64,000 nt of DNA. It comes from an uncultured Solirubrobacterales bacterium. Lineage in GTDB: Bacteria > Actinomycetota > Thermoleophilia > Solirubrobacterales > 70-9. Below the pieces are notes generated by a model. It ran no database searches, was not told the DNA's origin, and saw only the letters and a list, made by a program, of their open reading frames with translations. Shown piece by piece: positions 39,801 through 47,627 of this stretch. The translations under genes were made by a program, and so were the position numbers. Within the stretch, counting starts at the first letter, position 1, and each line of letters opens with the position of its first letter. Where the stretch lies: contig CAVWCU010000001.1 of assembly GCA_963753585.1 (NCBI GenBank), forward strand, positions 72,959 to 136,958, read 5' to 3'.

Positions 39801-40925
39801 ATGTATTTCGACCTCACAGACGAGCAGCAGGCGATCAAGTCGACGGCGCACGACTTTCTCGCCGCCCGCTACAAGTCCGAGCGCATCCGCGAGCTGGCCG
39901 ACAGCGAGCACGGCTTCGAGCAGGCCGACTGGGAGGAGATGGCCGACCTCGGATGGCAGGGGCTTGCCCTGCCCGAGGAGTGGGGCGGACAGGGGCTCGG
40001 CATCGTCGAGCTCGCCGTCCTCTTCGAGGAGATGGGCTACGCGCTTGCCCCCTCGCCGCTCTTCTCCAACACGATCGCCGGCCTCGCGCTGGCCCACGGC
40101 GGATCGGAGGACCAGTGCGAGCGCTTCCTGCGCCCGCTGGCCACCGGTCAGCTGCGCGGCACTCCGGCGCTCTGGGACGCCGGCTCTCCCGCGACGATCG
40201 GCGAGTTCACCATGGAGGCCCGTGCTGACGGCGACGGAGTCGTCCTCGACGGCGAAAAGGTGCTGGTGATGGACGCCGCGGCCGCGGACTTCCTTCTCGT
40301 GGCCACCGCAGACGGGCACCGACACGTGGTCGAGCGCGGCGCGCCGGGCGTGACGGTTGCGCCTGCGACGTCGATCGACCTCACCCGCCGTCTCTCTTCG
40401 GTTCGCTTCGAGGGAGTTCGCGTCGCTCCCGAGAACTCGCTTCCCGGGGGCGACGATGAATACTTTCCGGTCTTCCACCGTGTCTGCGTGGCCCTCGCCG
40501 CGGAGTCGACCGGGATCGCGCAGCGGACGATGGAGATGGCCGTCGAGTACGCCAAGGACCGCCAGCAGTTCGGGCGGCCCATCGGCTCCTACCAGGCCGT
40601 CTCGCACCGCTGTGCGCAGATGCTGCTCGAGACCGAGAACGCGCGCTCGGCCGTCTACGGAGCCGCCTGGGCGGCAGATGCTGAGCCCGAGTCGCTGCCC
40701 ACGGCTGCATCGATGGCAAAGGCCTACGCCTCCGATGCGGGCTGGCGGGTGCCCGACGCCTCGCTCCAGGTTCACGGCGGGATCGGCTTCACCTGGGAGC
40801 ACGACCTGCACTTCTTCCTCAAGCGCGGCAAGGCGAACGCGGCGATGTTCGGCGACACCAAGTGGCATCGCGAGCGCGTGGCCGACGCGGTCCTCACCAA
40901 GGCCGCCGACCGGGTTTCGGCGTAG
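39801..40925 (+). CDS. Acyl-CoA dehydrogenase family protein
   Basis: 374 aa. ACAD fold pattern (QFGRPIGSYQAVSHRCA, HGGIGFTWEHDLHFFLKR). Likely partner subunit of the preceding gene. Confidence 0.85.
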   Translation: MYFDLTDEQQAIKSTAHDFLAARYKSERIRELADSEHGFEQADWEEMADLGWQGLALPEEWGGQGLGIVELAVLFEEMGYALAPSPLFSNTIAGLALAHGGSEDQCERFLRPLATGQLRGTPALWDAGSPATIGEFTMEARADGDGVVLDGEKVLVMDAAAADFLLVATADGHRHVVERGAPGVTVAPATSIDLTRRLSSVRFEGVRVAPENSLPGGDDEYFPVFHRVCVALAAESTGIAQRTMEMAVEYAKDRQQFGRPIGSYQAVSHRCAQMLLETENARSAVYGAAWAADAEPESLPTAASMAKAYASDAGWRVPDASLQVHGGIGFTWEHDLHFFLKRGKANAAMFGDTKWHRERVADAVLTKAADRVSA

Positions 40926-40935
40926 GGCGGGGCCG

Positions 40936-41964
40936 GTGGGCGCGCTCGACCGCATCTCCGTCGCTGCGATCGGGGTCTCGGTCGCCGACCTGGAGGCAGA
41001 GGCCAAGCGCGCCGAGGCCGCCGGGGTCGAGTGCGTCTGGGCGCCCGAGCTCTTCCGCTCCTCGGTCACGCAGGCGGCCTATCTGGCGGGTCGCACCGAG
41101 AAGATCGACGTCGCCACCGGGATCGCCTGGGCCTTCACGCGCAGCCCCTTCATCCTCGCGGTCAGCGCGCTCGACATCGACGAGATGTCGGGCGGGCGCT
41201 TCCGGCTCGGCCTCGGCTCCGGCGTCAAACGACTGAACGAGACCTGGCACAACGCCGAGTACGGCCGTCCGGCACCGCACCTGCGCGAGGCGATCGAGGC
41301 GACGCGGCTGATCATGCAGCAGGCCGGCAAGGGCGAGCCGATCCGCTACGAGGGCTCCTACTACGACATCGACATCAAGGGATGGATCAGGCCGCACCCT
41401 GCACCCCGCGAGTCGGTGCCGATCTACACGGCCGGGATCCAGAGCGGCATGTGCCGGATGGCGGGCGACGTCGCCGACGGGTTGATCGGGCACCCGATCC
41501 AGAGCCTGCGCTGGATCGACGAGGTCGTGGTCAGCTCCTTCGAGGAGGGCCTTGCCCGCTCGGGCCGCGAGCGCTCGAGCTTCGACTACCTGCCCACGGT
41601 CTGCTGCGCGATCGACGACGACGAGGCGCGGGCGATCGACATGGCGCGGCGCACGATCTCCTTCTACGCCACGGTCAAGACCTACATGCCGCTCTGGGAG
41701 CTGCACGGCTTCGCCGACAACGCGGTCGCGGCCGGGGAGGCCTTCCGCCGCGGCGATCTCGCCGGCGTCCCGGCGGCGATCAGCGACGAGATGGTCGAGG
41801 CCTACTGCGCCGCCGGCCCCCTCGACAAGGTGCGCGCCCGGGTCGAAGCGACCGCCGAGCGCGCCGACGGCCTCTTTCTCACACCGCCCACCTACTTCAT
41901 CTCCCCCGAAGAGCTCTCAGAGTTCCAGAACCGCATCATCGACGCCTTCGGGCCGGCGAGCTGA
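40936..41964 (+). CDS. Luciferase-like monooxygenase (LLM) class, probably F420-dependent oxidoreductase
   Basis: GTG 40936. TIM-barrel LLM pattern (ECVWAPELF, RFRLGLGSGVK, YTAGI). Confidence 0.78.
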   Translation: MGALDRISVAAIGVSVADLEAEAKRAEAAGVECVWAPELFRSSVTQAAYLAGRTEKIDVATGIAWAFTRSPFILAVSALDIDEMSGGRFRLGLGSGVKRLNETWHNAEYGRPAPHLREAIEATRLIMQQAGKGEPIRYEGSYYDIDIKGWIRPHPAPRESVPIYTAGIQSGMCRMAGDVADGLIGHPIQSLRWIDEVVVSSFEEGLARSGRERSSFDYLPTVCCAIDDDEARAIDMARRTISFYATVKTYMPLWELHGFADNAVAAGEAFRRGDLAGVPAAISDEMVEAYCAAGPLDKVRARVEATAERADGLFLTPPTYFISPEELSEFQNRIIDAFGPAS

Positions 41965-42242
41965 CGCTCTCCGCGGAATCCCGCCTGCTCGAAGTCCTCT
42001 CCCGCGTCCGCGAGATCCCGCCGGGCTTCGTCCGCACCTACGGCGACGTCTCACCCGGCTCCCCCCGCTTCGCGGGTTCGGTCCTCTTCGAGTGCGACGA
42101 CCCCGATCTGCCTTGGTGGCGAGTCGTCCGCGCCGACGGCTCGCTGGCAAAGGGCGCCCGCCAGCGGGAGCGCCTCGAAGCCGAGGGTGTCCCGTTTCGG
42201 GGCGACCGCGTCGATATGGAAGGCGCCAGGCTTCCGCACTGA
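41961..42242 (+). CDS. MGMT-family DNA-binding protein lacking the catalytic Cys (alkyltransferase-like, ATL)
   Basis: EIPPGFVRTYGDV...LPWWRVVRADGSL has Trp in place of the PCHR cysteine. The only plausible initiation codon is CTG 41961, which overlaps the LLM stop (CTGA). Confidence 0.6.
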   Translation: MTLSAESRLLEVLSRVREIPPGFVRTYGDVSPGSPRFAGSVLFECDDPDLPWWRVVRADGSLAKGARQRERLEAEGVPFRGDRVDMEGARLPH

Positions 42243-42244
42243 TC

Positions 42245-42730
42245 TCAAGAGCCGCTCGGCCAGATCCTTTCGCGGCCGTCTGACTCCGGCATGGCAGCGC
42301 AGAACTCGGGGCCAGGGCCAAGCACCATCTGGCGCTGCCAGACCGTGGTCTCGGGAAGCGACGCGATGAGGCTCTCGCTCGACTCGCCTCGGGGCTTGTG
42401 GAGCCAGCGAACCCCATTGGGGATCGATGCCGGCTCGCGCACCAGCGAGTAGACGGCACCCCAGCCAGTGATCGATTGCGATGCGGCGAGGTCGTGGTCG
42501 GGGCGCCTCGCCAGATCCACGGCGGTCCGGTTCAGATTCCCCAGACGCTCCCAGCTCTGGACGAGGTACCAGTCCTCATAGCCGCTCTCTCCGTCGCCGA
42601 AAGGCAGCTCGGCAACGCGGAAGGAGGCCGACATCGCGTTGAGCGATGCGTGGAACGCCTGCTGTGCATCCTCATAAGCCCCAAGATCGACGCCGGGACG
42701 TGGTCGGTGCCAGAAGACGTAGGCGAGCAT
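42245..42730 (-). CDS. Hypothetical protein (161 aa)
   Basis: Start set to ATG 42730 (MLAYVFWHRPRPG...). The longer ORF start would run into the AT-rich vapB promoter region. No motif recognised. Confidence 0.5.
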   Translation of the reverse strand: MLAYVFWHRPRPGVDLGAYEDAQQAFHASLNAMSASFRVAELPFGDGESGYEDWYLVQSWERLGNLNRTAVDLARRPDHDLAASQSITGWGAVYSLVREPASIPNGVRWLHKPRGESSESLIASLPETTVWQRQMVLGPGPEFCAAMPESDGRERIWPSGS

Positions 42731-42851
42731 TTCGCGACCATACAGTCGGAATGTGGCCGATGCCCAGGTACCGCCAGGTCGGCCACACCGAATATCTGCC
42801 ATCTCAAAAATTGTTGCCATTTTATTTGGCTTATGCCACATTTATCTCTTG

Positions 42852-43124
42852 ATGGCAGAGGTCCGAGTCGGTAAACAAGGACGCATCGTGATTCCATCGC
42901 AGATGCGCGAAGAGCTTGGCCTCGGCGAGGGCGACATCCTCAATGTCCGCGTCGAGGACGATCGGCTGTTGATGGAAACCCGCCTGGCCGCGCTCGAACG
43001 CCTTCGGCGGAGATTTCGGGAGGGAGCAGCAGGCCGGGATCTGGTGGCCGAGCTGATCGCCGAGCGGCGAGCGGAAGCACGCCGGGAGGAGGAAGAGTTC
43101 GATGAGTTCCGGCGTAGTCATTGA
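42852..43124 (+). CDS. vapB: AbrB/SpoVT-MazE fold antitoxin (VapB-like)
   Basis: ATG 42852. The swapped-hairpin motif VGKQGRIVIPSQMREELGLGEGD is followed by a charged tail. Overlaps the PIN gene by 23 nt. Confidence 0.75.
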   Translation: MAEVRVGKQGRIVIPSQMREELGLGEGDILNVRVEDDRLLMETRLAALERLRRRFREGAAGRDLVAELIAERRAEARREEEEFDEFRRSH

Positions 43125-43488
43125 TGCCTCTGCCGCTCTCGCGTATGTCCTCGAAGAGCGGGGAAGCGAGCAGGTGCTCGATGTGATCGACGGGGCCGCC
43201 ATCTCGACCGTCAACTGGGCCGAGGTGGTCGAGAAGGCGATTTCCGCCGATGTCGACGACCGGTCGTTGCGGTCGATCTTCGAAGGTCTAGGGGCAGCCG
43301 TGCTGCCAGTCGACGCCGACCAGGCTGAGTACGCGGCGCGTCTCCACAAACCCACGAGGGGCCTTGGCCTCTCCCTCGCCGACCGCATTTGCTTCGCGCT
43401 TGCCGCGAGCCGCAATGCGCCCGTGATGACGGCCGATAAGGCCTGGGTCGAGGTCGACGTCGGGGTCGAGGTTCAGCTGATTCGCTGA
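43102..43488 (+). CDS. vapC: PIN-domain ribonuclease toxin (VapC-like)
   Basis: 128 aa. Starts VVIDASA (first acidic residue), with later D/E residues spaced as in PIN domains (SLADRICFALA, MTADKAW). Confidence 0.8.
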   Translation: MSSGVVIDASAALAYVLEERGSEQVLDVIDGAAISTVNWAEVVEKAISADVDDRSLRSIFEGLGAAVLPVDADQAEYAARLHKPTRGLGLSLADRICFALAASRNAPVMTADKAWVEVDVGVEVQLIR

Positions 43489-43500
43489 ACAGCGGTGGCG

Positions 43501-43728
43501 TTACTCCTCGCGCGGGGTGATGCGGAAGGTCGAGACGACCTCGGCCTGTTTGGCCTCGGGGTGGACCACGTAAGCGCTGGGACCGCCGCCGAACCAGCCG
43601 GAGCTCTCGTTGTCGGCGACGAAGATCCCGGGGTGGTGACGACCGTCGCCGTCCTCGACCCAGACCTTGTCGCCCTCCTTGAACCCGTGTTCGATCTCGC
43701 TCACGGCGTCGGAGCCTAGCCGGTCCAC
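43501..43728 (-). CDS. Small hypothetical protein (75 aa), possibly SH3/Tudor-like beta barrel
   Basis: GTG start at 43728. Motif GDKVWVEDGDGRHHPGIFV. No database-level support is possible here. Confidence 0.4.
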   Translation of the reverse strand: MDRLGSDAVSEIEHGFKEGDKVWVEDGDGRHHPGIFVADNESSGWFGGGPSAYVVHPEAKQAEVVSTFRITPREE

Positions 43729-43731
43729 CCG

Positions 43732-43778
43732 CCGACGGGCCGAAATGTCAACTATGCATTGACATTTCGGCCCGTCGG
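43732..43778. promoter_or_regulatory. Perfect 20-nt inverted repeat with 7-nt loop
   Basis: CCGACGGGCCGAAATGTCAA-CTATGCA-TTGACATTTCGGCCCGTCGG lies between two minus-strand genes. It ends 3 nt before the GTG of the small ORF. Confidence 0.5.
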
Positions 43779-43789
43779 GGGCCTTTGGG

Positions 43790-44314
43790 CTATGGACAGA
43801 CGACGATCAGGTGGAAGTCGGCGTCCGCGTCGAGCCCTTTCTCGTCGCGAGTGCGAACCTCGATCGCGTTGGCGTTGGCCGGCGAGGTGTTCGTCTGCGC
43901 GTACCCTGCGCCCGGAACCGACGTGCCCGCGTTGTCGCGACCGGCGACGTTGGCGCAGCCGCTGATGTTCGCCGGGAACGCCACCGTGACGGCACCGCCG
44001 CCCTCGGTCGCGGTCACCCCCGCGTCGCTGGTCCGCGCCAGGGCGGCATTACCGGCACCAGCCGGGTTGTTGACCACCGCCCAGTACGTGTGGGCCGCTC
44101 TCTGTGCGATCGGCACGACGCCCAGCTTGTTGGTGTTGATCTGGAACCCGGTCAGGGTCTTTTTCTTGAGCTTCCCCCCGCCGATCGTCTGCTTCTTGAT
44201 CGCCCCTCCGTTGATCGTCTGTGCCGCATAGGCGGTCCCGGCCAGCGCGACGAGGAGTGCCACGAGGGCGACGATCATCGCCGGCGACGGCAGCCTCTGC
44301 TTGAGCGCGTCCAT
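43790..44314 (-). CDS. Secreted/anchored protein of unknown function
   Basis: Start set to ATG 44314 (MDALKQRLPSPAMIVALVALLVALAGTAYA). Signal-peptide-like N-terminus, Gly/Lys-rich repeats, then a beta-rich domain ending in Cys-Pro. Confidence 0.55.
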   Translation of the reverse strand: MDALKQRLPSPAMIVALVALLVALAGTAYAAQTINGGAIKKQTIGGGKLKKKTLTGFQINTNKLGVVPIAQRAAHTYWAVVNNPAGAGNAALARTSDAGVTATEGGGAVTVAFPANISGCANVAGRDNAGTSVPGAGYAQTNTSPANANAIEVRTRDEKGLDADADFHLIVVCP

Positions 44315-44429
44315 GGAAATCCCCCTTCTGTTTCGAGGACGTGTCTGGTCTACCCACAAATAGTGGGCATAAGCTCAGACACATAAGGCCGCGCGAGTTT
44401 CGGCCGACGCGACGAACGGTTGTCGGCTC

Positions 44430-44681
44430 CTAGTGGTGGGCGATGCCCATGGTGCCGCGGGGATCGCCGCTGTGCTCGGCGAGATCCTCGAGCTCGGCGA
44501 TCTTGCGCTCCCCTTCGATCCGGGCCGGGTCCTCGGCGGCCAGCGGCGCGATCAGCCGGCGGATCCGGTTGCGGACCTGGAGGGCGAAGTGTGGGGTGGA
44601 GGCTCCGGCGAGCGCCCGGATGTCCTCGGCGGTGACCGGATCGGTTGCTCCCAGCAGGGCGGGGCTCTCGGCTTCGCTCAC
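44430..44681 (-). CDS. Small hypothetical protein (83 aa)
   Basis: GTG 44681 overlaps the stop of the upstream CWB2 gene (GTGA), suggesting translational coupling. No motif recognised. Confidence 0.4.
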   Translation of the reverse strand: MSEAESPALLGATDPVTAEDIRALAGASTPHFALQVRNRIRRLIAPLAAEDPARIEGERKIAELEDLAEHSGDPRGTMGIAHH

Positions 44682-46018
44682 GGTTCCGTCCCTCCGATCC
44701 TGGCCAGTTCGGCCAGCTGGTCGATCTCGGCTTGCTGGTTCACGTCGATGGCCTCCTGATCTCCGATCACCCACACGTGGTTGTAGAAGGCGCGGGTCGG
44801 ATCTGTCGTGTACCCCGGCTTGACGTCGAGCAGGTACTCGCGCAGCGCCGCCGGCAGCGTACCGGCGTCGTCGGTGAGCAGCAACGGACCCCACGTCCCC
44901 GATGCCGAGAGCGGCGAGGCGACGGCCGCGGCCAGCGGCGCGTCGCTGCGTGCGACGACGAAGCCGTGGCCGGGGTCGTTGACGTTCCAGCCGAAGCCGC
45001 CGCCGGCGTAGCGGGCGAGCGCGATCGCGTTCGCGACCGGATCCTCGCCGGAGACGCGCCGGACGCGCCCGCCGAGCTTGCCGACTTCCCGCACCACGCT
45101 CGAGGAGATCGCCGAAGACGGGCCGAGCACGTAGACGGGGACCTTCGGGTGCGTGCGCAGCGCCTGCGCGGTCGGCGTCGGCAGCTTCTCGGCCCCGCTG
45201 AAGAGCACCGGGTCGCCTGAGCGTGCCGCCCAGGCAGCGGCTGGGATGGCGAGCTCCGGCTTGGCTTCGGGAGCAAGGATGAAATGGGCCGGGGGACCGT
45301 CGAAGAGCTTGTCGCGCTCGGCTGCGATCGAGGCCGCGAGCGCAGCGGCCCCGGGTGCATCGACCCGGTTGGCCTTCAGCTCGCCCGGAGTTGCCGCGTC
45401 GCCGATGACGAACGCCTGGGTGCCGCCGGCCTCGACGCTGCCGCGCGGGGCCAGCGCGGCGAGGGCCTGCTCGGTCGGCTCGGGCAGGTCGTCTCCAGAG
45501 GAGACCAGAAGCGGCGAGCGCAGCGGTTCCGCCATCAGCACCGAGGCCGCGACCGCCCCCTGCCAGTCGTCCTCGTCGACGATCGTGACCGACGTGGGCC
45601 GCTGTGCCGCGGTCGCCGAGGGGAAGACGGCGAGGGTCACCGCCGCGGCGATCGCGACGGGGTCCGACCCGCCGACCCGCGTCGTGTTGTTGGTCGCGAA
45701 GGAGGGGTACCCCAGCTCTTCGGCCGCCTCGGCCGCGGGAGTCTCCACCTCCTCGGCAGTCGTCTCGGGGGAGCCCTGCGTGGGTGCCGGCGCGGGCTCG
45801 GGCGCGTCCTCGTTCGACCCACCGCCTCCGAGCACGGCCGCGACGAGGAATACGACCGCGACCGCGACCAGGCCGGCAACCGCCTTCAGGGCCGCGGGCA
45901 CCGGCCTGCGGCGGCGTCTGGGTTGCTTTTTCGCCGGGGGTGGCGGTTTTGGCTGGGACTCGCTCGTCTCCGCCGATGCCGACGGGAGGTCGGCGTTGAT
46001 GGGGCGCTTCCCGGGCAC
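44678..46018 (-). CDS. Membrane-anchored protein with putative cell-wall-binding (CWB2-like) repeats
   Basis: 446 aa. Basic cytoplasmic N-tail, one TM, a Pro/Glu linker, then three similar modules (RVGGSDPVAIAAAV..., LKANRVDAPGAAALAASIA..., VSGEDPVANAIALARY...) reminiscent of CWB2 repeats. Confidence 0.65.
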   Translation of the reverse strand: MPGKRPINADLPSASAETSESQPKPPPPAKKQPRRRRRPVPAALKAVAGLVAVAVVFLVAAVLGGGGSNEDAPEPAPAPTQGSPETTAEEVETPAAEAAEELGYPSFATNNTTRVGGSDPVAIAAAVTLAVFPSATAAQRPTSVTIVDEDDWQGAVAASVLMAEPLRSPLLVSSGDDLPEPTEQALAALAPRGSVEAGGTQAFVIGDAATPGELKANRVDAPGAAALAASIAAERDKLFDGPPAHFILAPEAKPELAIPAAAWAARSGDPVLFSGAEKLPTPTAQALRTHPKVPVYVLGPSSAISSSVVREVGKLGGRVRRVSGEDPVANAIALARYAGGGFGWNVNDPGHGFVVARSDAPLAAAVASPLSASGTWGPLLLTDDAGTLPAALREYLLDVKPGYTTDPTRAFYNHVWVIGDQEAIDVNQQAEIDQLAELARIGGTEP

Positions 46019-46047
46019 GGACCGGAAAGCTACAGCGGGGCGGTGGC

Positions 46048-46214
46048 CAGGAGGGACTAGCGAAACCCCCGCCCACGCCTGGCGGCGGCGGACACTGCGC
46101 GGTACAGCGTCCTCGGGAGGCCGAATAGCGCTGCTATTCGGCCTCCCTGCGTCCTTGTCCCGCTTGGTCCGGCGCTCGCCAGCCGCCCACGCGGGTTTCG
46201 CTAGTCCCTCCTGG
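46048..46214 (+). repeat. Long-hairpin intergenic element, family A/F, copy A2
   Basis: Perfect 22-nt arms CCAGGAGGGACTAGCGAAACCC and GGGTTTCGCTAGTCCCTCCTGG. Apical hairpin GGGAGGCCGAATAGC-GCT-GCTATTCGGCCTCCC. Lies in a divergent intergenic region. Confidence 0.9.
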
Positions 46215-46235
46215 CTGGTCAGCTAATCTTCATTC

Positions 46236-46257
46236 GACTGGTTGACTGACCAGTCAA
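46236..46257. promoter_or_regulatory. Operator-like overlapping palindromes upstream of an acyl-CoA dehydrogenase gene
   Basis: GACTGGTTGACTGACCAGTCAA contains GACTGGT-N6-ACCAGTC and TTGACTG-N2-CAGTCAA. It lies about 40 nt upstream of ATG 46296 and is low-GC for this genome. Confidence 0.5.
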
Positions 46258-46295
46258 TCAAGACCGGTGAGAGGCGCCGACCAAGAGGGGACCCA

Positions 46296-47561
46296 ATGGA
46301 TTTCGCACTTAACGAGGAGCAGCAGGAGTTCAAGGAGCGCTGCCGGACCTTCGCCCGCGAGGTGATCCGGCCCGCGGCCCGCAAGCACGACGAAGAGGAG
46401 AGCATTCCCTGGGAGGTGATCAAAGAGGCGCGCAAGCAGGGCTTCGGCGGCCTCGAGGCGATCCAGCGCTCGGCCGGGGACGGCGAGGGCCAGATGCAGG
46501 TGATCTCGGCCGAAGAGTTCCACTGGGGCTGCGCCGGCATCGCCCTGGCGATCTCCGGCTCCGGTCTTGCGGCGGCTGGGATCGCGTCCTCGGGCACGCC
46601 GGAGCAGATCGGCCAGTGGGTTCCCGAGTGCTTCGGCAGTGGCGACGAGATCAAGCTCGGCGCCTACGCGGTCACCGAGCCGCAGGCCGGCTCCGACGTG
46701 AAGAGCCTGAAGACGACGGCGAAGCGCGACGGTGACGAGTGGGTCCTCAACGGGACCAAGGTCTTCATCACCAACGGTGGGATTGCCGACGTCCACGTCG
46801 TCGTCGCCACTGTCGACCCGGCGCTTGGCACCCGCGGCCAGGCCTCCTTCGTCGTCGGCAAGGACACCCCTGGCCTGACCCAGGGAAAGAAGGAGTCCAA
46901 GCTCGGCATCCGCGCCTCCCACACGGCCGAGATCGTGCTCGACGACTGCCGCATCCCGATCGAGAACCTGCTCGGCGGCGAGGAGAAGCTGGAGCGCAAG
47001 CTGCAGCGTGGGCGGGAAGGAAAGAAGTCGCGTGGCGCCGACGCGCTCGCGACCTTCGAGATCACCCGCCCGCTGGTCGGCGCCTCGGCGCTCGGCATCG
47101 CCCAGGCCGCCTACGAGTGGACGCTCGAGTACCTCGACGGCCAGACCGAGGACGGCAGGCCGCTGCTCGGAGAGCAGCGCATCCAGCAGACCCTGGCCGA
47201 CGTCGCCACCGAGATCGAGGCCGCGCGCCTGCTTGTCCAGCGCGCCGCCTGGATGGGACGCAACGGCATCCCGATGACGGGGGGCCAGGGCTCGATGTCG
47301 AAGCTCAAGGGTGGCGACGTGACGATGTGGGCGACGACCACGCTGATGGACCTCGTCGGCCCCTATGCCTGGAGCAAGGACTGCCCGCTGGAGAAGTTCT
47401 TCCGCGACGCGAAGATCTACCAGCTCTTCGAGGGCACCGCCGAGATCCAGCGCATGGTCATCTCGCGCATGCAGGCCCGCGAGTACGCCGACCGCCTCGG
47501 GTATGCCGCTGAAGTCGCTGACCAGGCGATGGCGGAGAAGAAGGAGCCAGTTCCCGCTTAA
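46296..47561 (+). CDS. Acyl-CoA dehydrogenase
   Basis: Start set to ATG 46296 (MDFALNEEQQEF...). Motifs YAVTEPQAGSDV and QLFEGTAEIQR. Confidence 0.9.
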   Translation: MDFALNEEQQEFKERCRTFAREVIRPAARKHDEEESIPWEVIKEARKQGFGGLEAIQRSAGDGEGQMQVISAEEFHWGCAGIALAISGSGLAAAGIASSGTPEQIGQWVPECFGSGDEIKLGAYAVTEPQAGSDVKSLKTTAKRDGDEWVLNGTKVFITNGGIADVHVVVATVDPALGTRGQASFVVGKDTPGLTQGKKESKLGIRASHTAEIVLDDCRIPIENLLGGEEKLERKLQRGREGKKSRGADALATFEITRPLVGASALGIAQAAYEWTLEYLDGQTEDGRPLLGEQRIQQTLADVATEIEAARLLVQRAAWMGRNGIPMTGGQGSMSKLKGGDVTMWATTTLMDLVGPYAWSKDCPLEKFFRDAKIYQLFEGTAEIQRMVISRMQAREYADRLGYAAEVADQAMAEKKEPVPA

Positions 47562-47627
47562 GCGCAGCCTCTAAGGACCGGGACCCCCGAGGGCTCCCAA
47601 GGGTCGTGAAGGCCCTAATCTCGGGGC

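Noticed and set aside
44430-46076. 548-aa minus-strand ORF overlapping the CWB2 gene in another frame
   Set aside because: Its translation is an Arg/Gly/Pro-rich artefact except for the last 83 aa. The 44678..46018 frame gives a sensible TM plus repeat-domain protein, so only the 3' 252 nt (44430-44681) are kept as a separate small gene.
47562-47627. NiCo (czcD-motif) riboswitch upstream of czcD
   Set aside because: The 66-nt spacer holds only short GC hairpins that look like the terminator of the upstream acd gene. No four-way-junction-sized structure is possible.
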